Shown here: positions 10,162 through 17,866 of the stretch, in pieces
Position numbering within the stretch: the first letter of the stretch is position 1
Layout of the letters: each line of letters starts with the position of its first letter
Source of the DNA: Muribaculaceae bacterium
Lineage (GTDB): Bacteria > Bacteroidota > Bacteroidia > Bacteroidales > Muribaculaceae
Direction: 5' to 3'
Length of the DNA: 64,000 nt
Assembly: GCA_009775355.1 (NCBI GenBank)
Contig: VSPN01000005.1
Coordinates: 6,563 to 70,562 of the forward strand
Made by a program: the position numbers and the translations under genes
Notes under the pieces: generated by a model
The model's database searches: none
The model's input: only the letters and a program-made list of their open reading frames with translations
Told to the model about the DNA's origin: nothing

Positions 10162-10977
10162 ATGGGAATGAGTGTGAGAAATGCAGTTGTCGCGGTTCTG
10201 GCCCTGTTGGTGGCAGGTGGCTGTGTGCGTCGCCCAGACGGTGTGCTTACGGATGCCGAGATGACTCCTGTGGCGGCCGACATGCAGCTTGCCGAAGCTT
10301 ATATACAGACGCAGGCGCAGCGCGGCAGTCAGGTGCAGCGGGAGGCGATGGTCGACTATGTGCTCCGCAAGCATGGCCTGACCCGCGAGGAGTTCGACAC
10401 GACAATGTCATGGTATGGCAGAAATGTCGATGCTTATTACGACCTGTGTGAGTCGGTAGGGAAGGAGCTTGAGCGGCGGCGTCGCCGCATGGGAGGCAAT
10501 GCCGCAGTGGAATCATCCGATCTTTGGCCGTACTCGCGGCAGTCGCTCATATCGCTTTATTCGCCCTCAAACGCTTTCGGCTTTTCGATTCCGACAGCCG
10601 ACATTCAGTCGGGGCAGCGCGTCGAACTGCGTTTCCGGATGCGCGACAGAGTAAGCGGCTCGGCCATGCTCGGCGTGGAGTATGACAATGGTGTCAAGGC
10701 GTTCCAGACGCGCACTCTTTCCGGTGTGAGGAGACTGAAGCTTGTGCTTCAGACTGACACCGGCATGAAAGTAAGCCGGATATTCGGCAATATGCTTCTC
10801 GATGATGCATCGCGACTGCCGCTCTGGATCGACAGCATAAGTCTCTCGGCGCTCCCGTTTGATTCGCTTGAGTATTTCAATATACACGGACAGAAGCTGT
10901 ATCGTGATCCGACGCAGCGCCGTCAGAACCGGGAGGAACTTCCTGATTCGGCGAAGCTGATTTCCGAGGGCAGGTAA
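10162..10977 (+). CDS. DUF4296-like lipoprotein with an extra C-terminal domain
   Basis: Lipobox LLVAGGC followed by GVLTDAEMTPVAADMQLAEAYI..., as recalled for the DUF4296 proteins that follow lspA in Bacteroidales. The C-terminal ~150 aa are unassigned. Confidence 0.6.
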   Translation: MGMSVRNAVVAVLALLVAGGCVRRPDGVLTDAEMTPVAADMQLAEAYIQTQAQRGSQVQREAMVDYVLRKHGLTREEFDTTMSWYGRNVDAYYDLCESVGKELERRRRRMGGNAAVESSDLWPYSRQSLISLYSPSNAFGFSIPTADIQSGQRVELRFRMRDRVSGSAMLGVEYDNGVKAFQTRTLSGVRRLKLVLQTDTGMKVSRIFGNMLLDDASRLPLWIDSISLSALPFDSLEYFNIHGQKLYRDPTQRRQNREELPDSAKLISEGR

Positions 10978-10991
10978 TTGCGCCGTATAAT

Positions 10992-11258
10992 ATGTTACAG
11001 AATCTGCTTGCAACTGAAATAGTCGTGGTGCCCTCAGGAGCGCCACGCGTTGTCTATGGTCTCAGTGTGATCGAGTTCGAATGCGGCGATGAAGTGGATG
11101 CTCTCTATGCGCGTCTGAGGGCCGGGAACGCTGTCGAGCTTGCCGATTTCCATATCATCGCGTATGAGAAGGAGAGACCATCGCTTCTGCTCACCGATCA
11201 TCCGCTTAGGCTTGAACAAAAAGAAAACGGTCAGGGATGGTTTCTGACCATGCCCTGA
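10992..11258 (+). CDS. hypothetical 88-aa protein (possibly a VOC/glyoxalase-like remnant)
   Basis: The ORF has host-like composition and ends inside a terminator hairpin. No diagnostic motif was seen. Confidence 0.3.
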   Translation: MLQNLLATEIVVVPSGAPRVVYGLSVIEFECGDEVDALYARLRAGNAVELADFHIIAYEKERPSLLLTDHPLRLEQKENGQGWFLTMP

Positions 11259-11266
11259 CCGCTTTT
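11228..11266 (+). terminator. Rho-independent terminator
   Basis: cggtcaggg/ccctgaccg 9-bp stem followed by CTTTTG. Confidence 0.5.
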
Positions 11267-11330
11267 GTCTCAGTATTGAAGTCGTTCAGACAACTTCATT
11301 ATCTCATTTCCCGCTCCAGTGCGGGATTTT

Positions 11331-13034
11331 TTATTTCTTCATCGCCTTTGCCCAAGAGTCTTTGAGTCCGACTGTCTTGTTGAACACAGGATGCTCCGGA
11401 GTAGTGTCGGGATCGACCACGTAGTAGCCCAGACGCTGGAACTGATAGTGGTCGCCGGCCTGTATTCTACCGGCAAGCCACGGCTCGATCTTGGCGTTGT
11501 GGCGCACCTTGAGCGAGTCGGGGTTGATAAGTTCGCGGAAGTCGCCGTCGAACGCGCCCGGATTCTCGATGCTGAAGAGCCGGTCGTAGTCGCGGATCTC
11601 GGCGTCGGTGGCTGTCGGCACAGACACCCAGTGGAGGGTGCCTTTGACCTTGCGGTCGGCTCCGGGAAGTCCGCTGCGGGTGTCGGGATCGTAAGTGGCG
11701 TGAATCTCAGTAATCTCGCCGTTCTCATCTTTCACCACTCCGGTGCACTTTATGATGTATGCCCCTTTGAGGCGCACCTCCTTGTCGGGAGAAAGACGGA
11801 AGAATTTTTTCGGCGGATTCTCCATGAAATCCTCGCGCTCGATCCAGAGCTCGCGGCTGAACGGCATCTCGTGTGTGCCTTCCGACGGGTTTTCGGGATT
11901 GTTGTCCATGACCATGATCTCGGTCTCGTCTTCCGGGTAATTGTCGAGAATGAGCTTGACAGGGTTCTGGATGACGCTCACTCGTGTGGCCGTCTTGTTG
12001 AGATCCTCGCGCACTGAGTGCTCAAGAAGCTCGATATGGTTGAGAGCCTCGTAGCGGGTGTAGCCGATGCGGTTCACGAAGTCCTTGATAGATGATGGTG
12101 TATAGCCTCGGCGGCGCAGACCTTTGAGTGTCGGCATGCGGGGGTCGTCCCAGCCGTTCACCAACCCTTCCTTCACGAGCTGGAGAAGCTTTCTCTTGCT
12201 CATCACAGTGTATGTCAGGTTGAGACGGTTGAACTCGATCTGACGGGGACAGTATGTCTCGTCGGCAAGCTCCTTGACGAAGTGCTCGTAGAGCGGACGG
12301 TGAGGCACGAACTCGAGTGTGCAGATCGAATGGGTGACGCCTTCGAAGTAGTCGCTCTGACCGTGGGCGAAGTCATACATCGGGTAGACTTTCCATGTCT
12401 CGCCTGTGCGCCAGTGGGGCGTCTTGATTATGCGGTACATGATCGGATCGCGGAAGTGCATGTTGTCGCTCGCCATGTCGATCTTGGCACGGAGCACCAT
12501 CGAGCCTTCGTCGAATTCCCCTCGGTTCATGCGCTCGAACAGGTCTAGGTTTTCCTCTACGGGACGGTCGCGGTACGGGCTTGCCGTGCCTGGCTGCGTC
12601 GGGGTGCCTTTCTGGCGTGCGATCTCCTCGCTGCTCTGCTCGTCGACATATGCCTTCCCTTCCTTGATGAGGCGCACCGCCAGATCATAGAGCCGGGGGA
12701 AATAGTCGCTCGCATAGTAGAGCCGGTCTCCCCAGTCATATCCGAGCCAGTGGATGTCTTCCATTATGGCGTTGACATACTCCATGTCTTCTTTCTGCGG
12801 ATTGGTGTCGTCGAAACGGAGGTTGCATGTGCCCCCGAACTTCTCGGCTGCCCCGAAGTCCATGATAAATGCCTTTGCGTGGCCGATATGCAGATAGCCG
12901 TTGGGTTCAGGCGGAAAACGCGTGTTGAGGCGTCCGCCGTTCTTGCCGGCGGCAAGATCTGCCGCTATCTCCTGTTCCACAAAGTTCAGTCCTGATTCGT
13001 TGACTGATTCCTCTTCTTTTATGATTTCTTCCAT
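11331..13034 (-). CDS. glnS: glutamine--tRNA ligase
   Basis: PEPNGYLHIGHAKA (HIGH) and VMSKRKL (KMSKS); 567 aa. Confidence 0.95.
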   Translation of the reverse strand: MEEIIKEEESVNESGLNFVEQEIAADLAAGKNGGRLNTRFPPEPNGYLHIGHAKAFIMDFGAAEKFGGTCNLRFDDTNPQKEDMEYVNAIMEDIHWLGYDWGDRLYYASDYFPRLYDLAVRLIKEGKAYVDEQSSEEIARQKGTPTQPGTASPYRDRPVEENLDLFERMNRGEFDEGSMVLRAKIDMASDNMHFRDPIMYRIIKTPHWRTGETWKVYPMYDFAHGQSDYFEGVTHSICTLEFVPHRPLYEHFVKELADETYCPRQIEFNRLNLTYTVMSKRKLLQLVKEGLVNGWDDPRMPTLKGLRRRGYTPSSIKDFVNRIGYTRYEALNHIELLEHSVREDLNKTATRVSVIQNPVKLILDNYPEDETEIMVMDNNPENPSEGTHEMPFSRELWIEREDFMENPPKKFFRLSPDKEVRLKGAYIIKCTGVVKDENGEITEIHATYDPDTRSGLPGADRKVKGTLHWVSVPTATDAEIRDYDRLFSIENPGAFDGDFRELINPDSLKVRHNAKIEPWLAGRIQAGDHYQFQRLGYYVVDPDTTPEHPVFNKTVGLKDSWAKAMKK

Positions 13035-13054
13035 TCTGAGTTCTGTTGTTTATG

Positions 13055-13062
13055 CAAAATTA
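13055..13062 (-). promoter_or_regulatory. -7 promoter box (TAATTTTG on minus strand) for glnS
   Basis: The reverse complement of caaaatta matches TAnnTTTG, ~20 nt upstream of the ATG. Confidence 0.45.
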
Positions 13063-13434
13063 GCAAAAATATCGCAATTCCGGCCGAATTCCGCAGGGCA
13101 TATGATAACATTTTTGCTGATAGGGGGCTAAATTGACTCTGCCGATAATATTTTTGGCGTCGCAAGCGTTATAAATACGTGTAAGAAACAATTCTTCTTC
13201 TAAAACAGAATTTGCCTATGGTTCACGATTCCTCCTACTTATCATCTCCTGAAGTGGTGACAGACCAGTCCGGTTATCCGAAAAGCGCGACTCTGAATTT
13301 CATCCGTCAGTTCGCACGCACATGTGTTGCCGTGCAGGGATGCGCGCTCGGGTCCATGATTCTTAATTGACCGATGACTGTCGGAATAATTCCGCCGGCG
13401 AAGTTCAGACTGGCGGATCATTGCAGGCGTTACT

Positions 13435-13482
13435 GAAAAAATCAGATCCGGTTGCCCTCAGGCAGCCGGATCAATTATTTTT
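13435..13482. terminator. bidirectional Rho-independent terminator (serves the sigma-factor gene on the minus strand)
   Basis: gatccggttgc/gcagccggatc stem (one mismatch), with an A-run on the left and a T-run on the right. Confidence 0.65.
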
Positions 13483-13558
13483 AGCGAGTTTGCGGTTTTC
13501 GTACCGGAGACGGAGACAGGCGCATGACATGACACTGTCATCCGCTCCTGTCCGCGCG

Positions 13559-14149
13559 TCAGACAGTCAGGATTATCTCTTTCTCGTTGGCTATGCGGCG
13601 CAGATTGAGAATCGCGTAGCGCATGCGTCCGAGCGCGGTGTTGATGCTCACACCGGTGATCTCGGCGATCTCTTTGAAACTGAGTCCCTGATAGTAGCGC
13701 ATCTTGAGAACCTCGCGCTGGAGCGCTGGCAGTTCGCCGATCAGATACTTCACGTCGGTGCGTATCTGATCCGATATCAGAATGTCTTCTATCGTCTCCT
13801 CGCAAAGCTCCTTGCGGTTGAGTATGTCGACATCTGTCAGATCGGAACTCTGCAGGTTTTCCGACTTCTCCTGACGGTAGTAGTCGATGATCAGATTGTG
13901 GGCGATCCGGGAGATCCATGCCGGAAACTTGCCGTTCTCTGTGTAGCGGCCAAGACGGATGGTCTGTATCGCTTTTACGAATGTCTCCTGAAAGATGTCG
14001 TTGGCTATATCCTCGTTTTTGATTATACGGAGTATATAGTTGAAAATGCGGTCCTGATGACGCTTAAGAAGAGTGTCGAATGCTTCGTTGTTCCCCTCTG
14101 CGTATGCCCTGACAAGCTGCTCGTCTGTCAAGGTTGTGTAATTTGCCAT
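13559..14149 (-). CDS. RNA polymerase sigma-70 family (group 4/ECF-type) sigma factor
   Basis: Region 2 is DIFQETFVKA...FPAWISRIAHNLIIDYYR. Region 4 HTH is LSFKEIAEITGVSINTALGRMRYA. No adjacent anti-sigma ORF is present. Confidence 0.85.
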   Translation of the reverse strand: MANYTTLTDEQLVRAYAEGNNEAFDTLLKRHQDRIFNYILRIIKNEDIANDIFQETFVKAIQTIRLGRYTENGKFPAWISRIAHNLIIDYYRQEKSENLQSSDLTDVDILNRKELCEETIEDILISDQIRTDVKYLIGELPALQREVLKMRYYQGLSFKEIAEITGVSINTALGRMRYAILNLRRIANEKEIILTV

Positions 14150-14317
14150 GCTTCTGATGTTAGTTTGTTTGGGTAAAATTTTTCGATAGGCAGGCCGGGT
14201 TGTGATTTGTGTGGTTTCTATAATTTTGATTGTCTGTCTGGGTTATGGAGCGGGTAAGGGCGGCAGGTCTGGCATGATGCATCTTTCCTGGTCGGCACTT
14301 TTTCCCGTATCCTTATG

Positions 14318-14325
14318 CAAAGATA
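14318..14325 (-). promoter_or_regulatory. -7 promoter box (TATCTTTG on minus strand) upstream of the sigma-factor gene
   Basis: Exact TAnnTTTG match. It implies a ~160-nt leader. Confidence 0.35.
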
Positions 14326-14446
14326 TAATTGTTTTGTCTGAAATGCAAGAAAGCGAACAAAAAAATTAGCAAAATATTGTTAACGGCACAATAATTCTTT
14401 TTTCTCGCCTATGTCGTAGAGACCGGCGGCTCGTGCGTCAGTCCGG

Positions 14447-14692
14447 TCATAGCCGTGTGCCGACGGCTGTCAGGATGACTTGCCATAACGTTCTGCCGCC
14501 GGAGTGCGGATAGGGGAGTGTCGTGACGATTGCTGCGGCTGCCGCGAAGATTATGGCTATGGCCGTGGTGCCGTGGCGCAGCAGCGATGAAGGTTCGCGG
14601 TCGATGAATGTGCGGATCTCCCGGCTCTGTTCCTTTTCACGCTTTGTGACGCTGTGCGTATGCGCCGTGTTTTTGTTGTCTTGTTTTGTCAT
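14447..14692 (-). pseudogene. HlyD-family (bacteriocin-exporter adaptor) N-terminal stub
   Basis: 81-aa ORF. IDREPSSLLRHGTTAIAIIFAAAAAIVTTLPYP matches the N-terminal anchor region recalled for Bacteroidetes peptide-export HlyD proteins (...PP.W..R.G......YPD). It starts 6 nt after the ABC remnant, and the normal ~350 further residues are missing. Confidence 0.65.
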
Positions 14693-14698
14693 AAGCTA

Positions 14699-15225
14699 TT
14701 ATGTGCCGAGTTCGAGCTGGTTCTTTACGAGTGAGTAATACAGACCTTTTTTCGATGTCAGTACGGCGTGGTTTCATCCCTTTCTGAAGGCCTTTCGTTT
14801 CTGCTGAGGTGTCGGATGAAAGCCATCGGTTTTCAAATTCCTTACGGCTGTAAGCGATGCGCCCTTTTCAGGGTCTGCGATGTGGAATCTCTTCGATGAA
14901 GCTTTGTAGAGCACCGTGAAGTGGTTTTGCTCCCAGTGCAGCACGCAGGGTAACGGCAGCTGAATGAGTTCGTCGGTTGTGATGTTTCAAATCCCAGAGC
15001 TGCGGCACCGTCTGAAATGCCTTTCAGCGAGACGCCCTCGGCTGTGGGCGTGCAGTATTACTCAAGATGCCCCAGACTGTATCGGCGCCCGTAGTGACGA
15101 CAGATCATGGCGAGACATGCTATGCCGCATTGCATCGCGTCTTTCTGATATAATGACTTTGAATGCCATTCCCTCTTCAACTTGCGGAATTTCCTCGAAA
15201 AAACGCACCGTCCCTGCATTAACAT
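14699..15225 (-). pseudogene. C39-peptidase-domain ABC transporter (bacteriocin exporter), badly degraded
   Basis: My translation gives ...YQKDAMQCGIACLAMICRHYGRRYSLGHLE*YCTPTAEGVSLKGISDGAAALGFET, then a frameshift, then DELIQLPLPCVLHWEQNHFTVLYKASSKRFHIADPEKG...RKG*NHAVLTSKKGLYYSLVKNQLELGT*. The C39 Cys and His boxes and the last ~23 aa of the ABC domain are present. TAA lies at 15058-15060, the frameshift at ~14971-14985 and TGA at 14774-14776. The TMD and most of the NBD (~550 codons) are absent. Confidence 0.8.
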
Positions 15226-15278
15226 TTTTGTGGGATGGGGGCTAATAGGAGATCTGGCACTGATTGTGCGGGATCCGG

Positions 15279-17393
15279 TTATTTGAGTATCGCCGACTCA
15301 GCCTTTTCTGTCGCTCCGATCTCGTTGCCTCTCCTGATCTGTTTTCCGTAGCCGAATGTATAGCCCACGTAAAACGCTATTGCGGCATGGCCTGCCTGGC
15401 CGAAGCTCGTGGTTTTGCTGAAGTATTCCGGAACGTTGATCTCCGAAATCGAATATATCCAGTCGGTCTTGAGGAAGCGCGAGGCTGTGAGACGCAGATT
15501 CCATTTGCCGTTTCCCCAGCCGGCCTGAAGATAGTAATGACTATTACGCGTGTCGGTCGAATTGGTTATTTTGTTTAGCTCGCGGCTTCTCAGTGAATAG
15601 AACGCCGAGAAGTAGAAGTTTTTTATGTAGTATGTCGCGGATGCTGACAGTTGGAAGTGCTGGAGTTTTTTTGAATACGTGCCGGTCATGTCGTAGAAAT
15701 CCATGCGTGGCGACGCCGATAGTCTCAGCGATCGGTTGAGCAGAGACCAGTTGAACGATACTCCAACGTTTGCATATGTGAAGTCTCCGTTGTTAACGTA
15801 GTTGCGGAGCAGCGCGTCATATCCTGGATAGGCCGAATATAATGTGGTCAGTTTGTTGTTGTAGCGATCCATCATTCCGTAGGCGAAGAGGCTGAAGTTG
15901 TCGGTCGGCATGAAGGAATATCCGAGATTCGCGGTGATTTCATCATAGCTGTCGAGCGTAGGGTTTCCTCTGTAGTACAGAAGCTCGTTTTCCTGAAGTG
16001 TGTCGGGAGATTTGGAGGTGGCTCCTGTCGGAATCCTGCTGTATTTGCCGAAGAATTGAACTGAGTTTTTGTTGTTGGGTTCGTAGGTGAAGTATAGCTG
16101 GGCTCTCGGGGTCAGCGATACATTGGTCTTGCCATTCATTGTGGTGTGTTCCCAGTCGATTCCGAGACGAGGGGAGATTTGGATCTTGTCTGTCGTGAAT
16201 GAATAGAAGAGATCTCCATATATATTGTTCCATGTGAAAATGTCGCGATAGTCAGTGTTGCCTGTGTAATCGATCTTGTTGCGCTGCGAATAGGCGTGTA
16301 TCTGAGCTCCGAGATAATGGTTGGCGGCCTGTTTGCTTATATATACGGTTCCGCCGCCAAAGAGAGTGTTTTCTTTGGCTAGCCTTGTGATCGAGAACGG
16401 CATGTCGGTTGTGTACAGATAGTCGCTGTGCGAACGTGTGTGGCTGATGCGCGGCATCATTCCGATTGTAAATTGTCCGGGAAGATAGACCGTGTAATTG
16501 CCGAAATAGTTTATGGAATTATCTCTTGACGGAGAGTCGGACTCATAAAGATAGTCGCGGCTGTTGTCAGGTTCCCATTCGAGCGTTCCCGTCATGCGGT
16601 TGCGCTTCATGTCGTAATGGGTATAGCCGAGCCGGTTCTCTATCGTGACATTTCTCGAATTGTAGATTGCACGGAATGTAACCGGATAATTGCCCTGTGT
16701 CATTCCTGAGCTTCCGACAGTGGTCTTTCTTTCGGGGGCTGAGGCCGGATCGCCCACGGCGGCGAGACCTCTGAAAACGGACTTTGATTCGGAGCCTGAG
16801 TGTTTTGAATCCCAGTTCATAGCTCCGACATAAAGGTCGTAGGTCATCGACTTATAAGCGAATTTGGAGAATACGCTCGCGTTGCTTGACAGTCCGATAA
16901 GTGCATGCTCAGTGACGTTGAGTTTTGTATATCCGCCGAATTCGTAGACTTTCATTATGATGTTCACAACCTTAAACGCACCTTTGAAGCGGGGATCCTG
17001 AGGTGACTCAAGATACATCACTTTCACCACGTCAGAGGTTTTAAGACCTTGCAGTTCCTCTTCTGTTGCCGGCATATAATTTATGTAAATATCGATATTG
17101 TTGCCGAATCTGTCGGTGATCGAATTGCTTCCGCTTACTGCATCGATCTGTGGTATTTGCATGCGCGCGATAAGATCCACGGCGTTGGTCGCGGAGTTTT
17201 TTTCTGCGGTTGTCGGAGTGTATATCGCACCGTTTTTTACCAGCATGCGGGTATTGCTTTCAATCACAATTTCCTGCAGTTCCCGGGACTGTGTGGAATC
17301 GTTCTGTTCCGTGTTGTCGGAAATGGAAGTGGACTGTGCTGCCGCGCATGCCGAAAATAACGCTAAATTGATAAATAACAGTCTGGATCTCAT
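15279..17393 (-). CDS. outer-membrane beta-barrel protein (plug-like N-domain, OMP_b-brl_3/TonB-receptor-like)
   Basis: Intact 704-aa ORF with signal peptide MRSRLLFINLALFSACAAAQS. It has a plug-like segment NAVDLIARMQIPQIDAVSG...IDIYINYMP...VVKVMYLESP and an alternating aromatic/Gly-rich barrel to the C-terminus. Confidence 0.75.
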   Translation of the reverse strand: MRSRLLFINLALFSACAAAQSTSISDNTEQNDSTQSRELQEIVIESNTRMLVKNGAIYTPTTAEKNSATNAVDLIARMQIPQIDAVSGSNSITDRFGNNIDIYINYMPATEEELQGLKTSDVVKVMYLESPQDPRFKGAFKVVNIIMKVYEFGGYTKLNVTEHALIGLSSNASVFSKFAYKSMTYDLYVGAMNWDSKHSGSESKSVFRGLAAVGDPASAPERKTTVGSSGMTQGNYPVTFRAIYNSRNVTIENRLGYTHYDMKRNRMTGTLEWEPDNSRDYLYESDSPSRDNSINYFGNYTVYLPGQFTIGMMPRISHTRSHSDYLYTTDMPFSITRLAKENTLFGGGTVYISKQAANHYLGAQIHAYSQRNKIDYTGNTDYRDIFTWNNIYGDLFYSFTTDKIQISPRLGIDWEHTTMNGKTNVSLTPRAQLYFTYEPNNKNSVQFFGKYSRIPTGATSKSPDTLQENELLYYRGNPTLDSYDEITANLGYSFMPTDNFSLFAYGMMDRYNNKLTTLYSAYPGYDALLRNYVNNGDFTYANVGVSFNWSLLNRSLRLSASPRMDFYDMTGTYSKKLQHFQLSASATYYIKNFYFSAFYSLRSRELNKITNSTDTRNSHYYLQAGWGNGKWNLRLTASRFLKTDWIYSISEINVPEYFSKTTSFGQAGHAAIAFYVGYTFGYGKQIRRGNEIGATEKAESAILK

Positions 17394-17541
17394 AAGATTG
17401 TTGTTAGAACCGATAAAACGGCTTGATTAGATGTGAGATTTGTTTGTTTTTTCTCGGAAATTTCGGAAACCCGATCCCGCCGATTGATGGATGATCCGGA
17501 TTCTCTCTTTCTTCGGAAAGAAACCGGATTATCTGTCAGTG

Positions 17542-17745
17542 TCAGTTTGAATGCGAGAAGCAGCCGTAGTCGTAGCTTTCAGTGTCGTTGCAGTTACAGG
17601 TGTTTTCCGATGTCTGCGAGTTGCAGTCGCATGAGAATGACGCACCTCCGTTGCATACGCACGATGATGCCATGCCTCCTCTTACAGAATTGCTTTCCGA
17701 CGGGGTGAGCCTCGGTCTGAAGTTTTTAATTATCATTTCTTTCAT
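17542..17745 (-). CDS. candidate RiPP precursor: double-glycine leader plus Cys-rich core
   Basis: ATG at 17745 gives MKEMIIKNFRPRLTPSESNSVRGG / MASSCVCNGGASFSCDCNSQTSENTCNCNDTESYDYGCFSHSN. The leader fits L(-12) T(-11) E(-8) V(-4) G G. The gene lies between the rSAM/SPASM gene and the OM barrel. Confidence 0.6.
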   Translation of the reverse strand: MKEMIIKNFRPRLTPSESNSVRGGMASSCVCNGGASFSCDCNSQTSENTCNCNDTESYDYGCFSHSN

Positions 17746-17866
17746 ATCAGAGAGGTATTGTGGAAGTTGACTGGCCAACTTCAAGGTTAATGATGCGTGA
17801 ATTTAATAAAAAATATTGCTTTTTTGCAAATTTTAAAGAAATAATCTCTGCAAAAAGTGCTTGTTT

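Noticed and set aside
13218-13370. 50-aa plus-strand ORF (MVHDSSYLSSPEVVTDQSGYPKSATLNFIRQFARTCVAVQGCALGSMILN) upstream of the bidirectional terminator.
   Set aside because: It has no promoter box or recognisable family, and the terminator is explained by the convergent sigma-factor gene. It is kept only as a note and could be tested by conservation analysis.
17454-17469. Apparent palindrome cggaaatttcgg between the OMP gene and the precursor.
   Set aside because: On checking, it is a direct repeat (tcggaaa-tt-tcggaaa), not an inverted repeat, so no hairpin forms.
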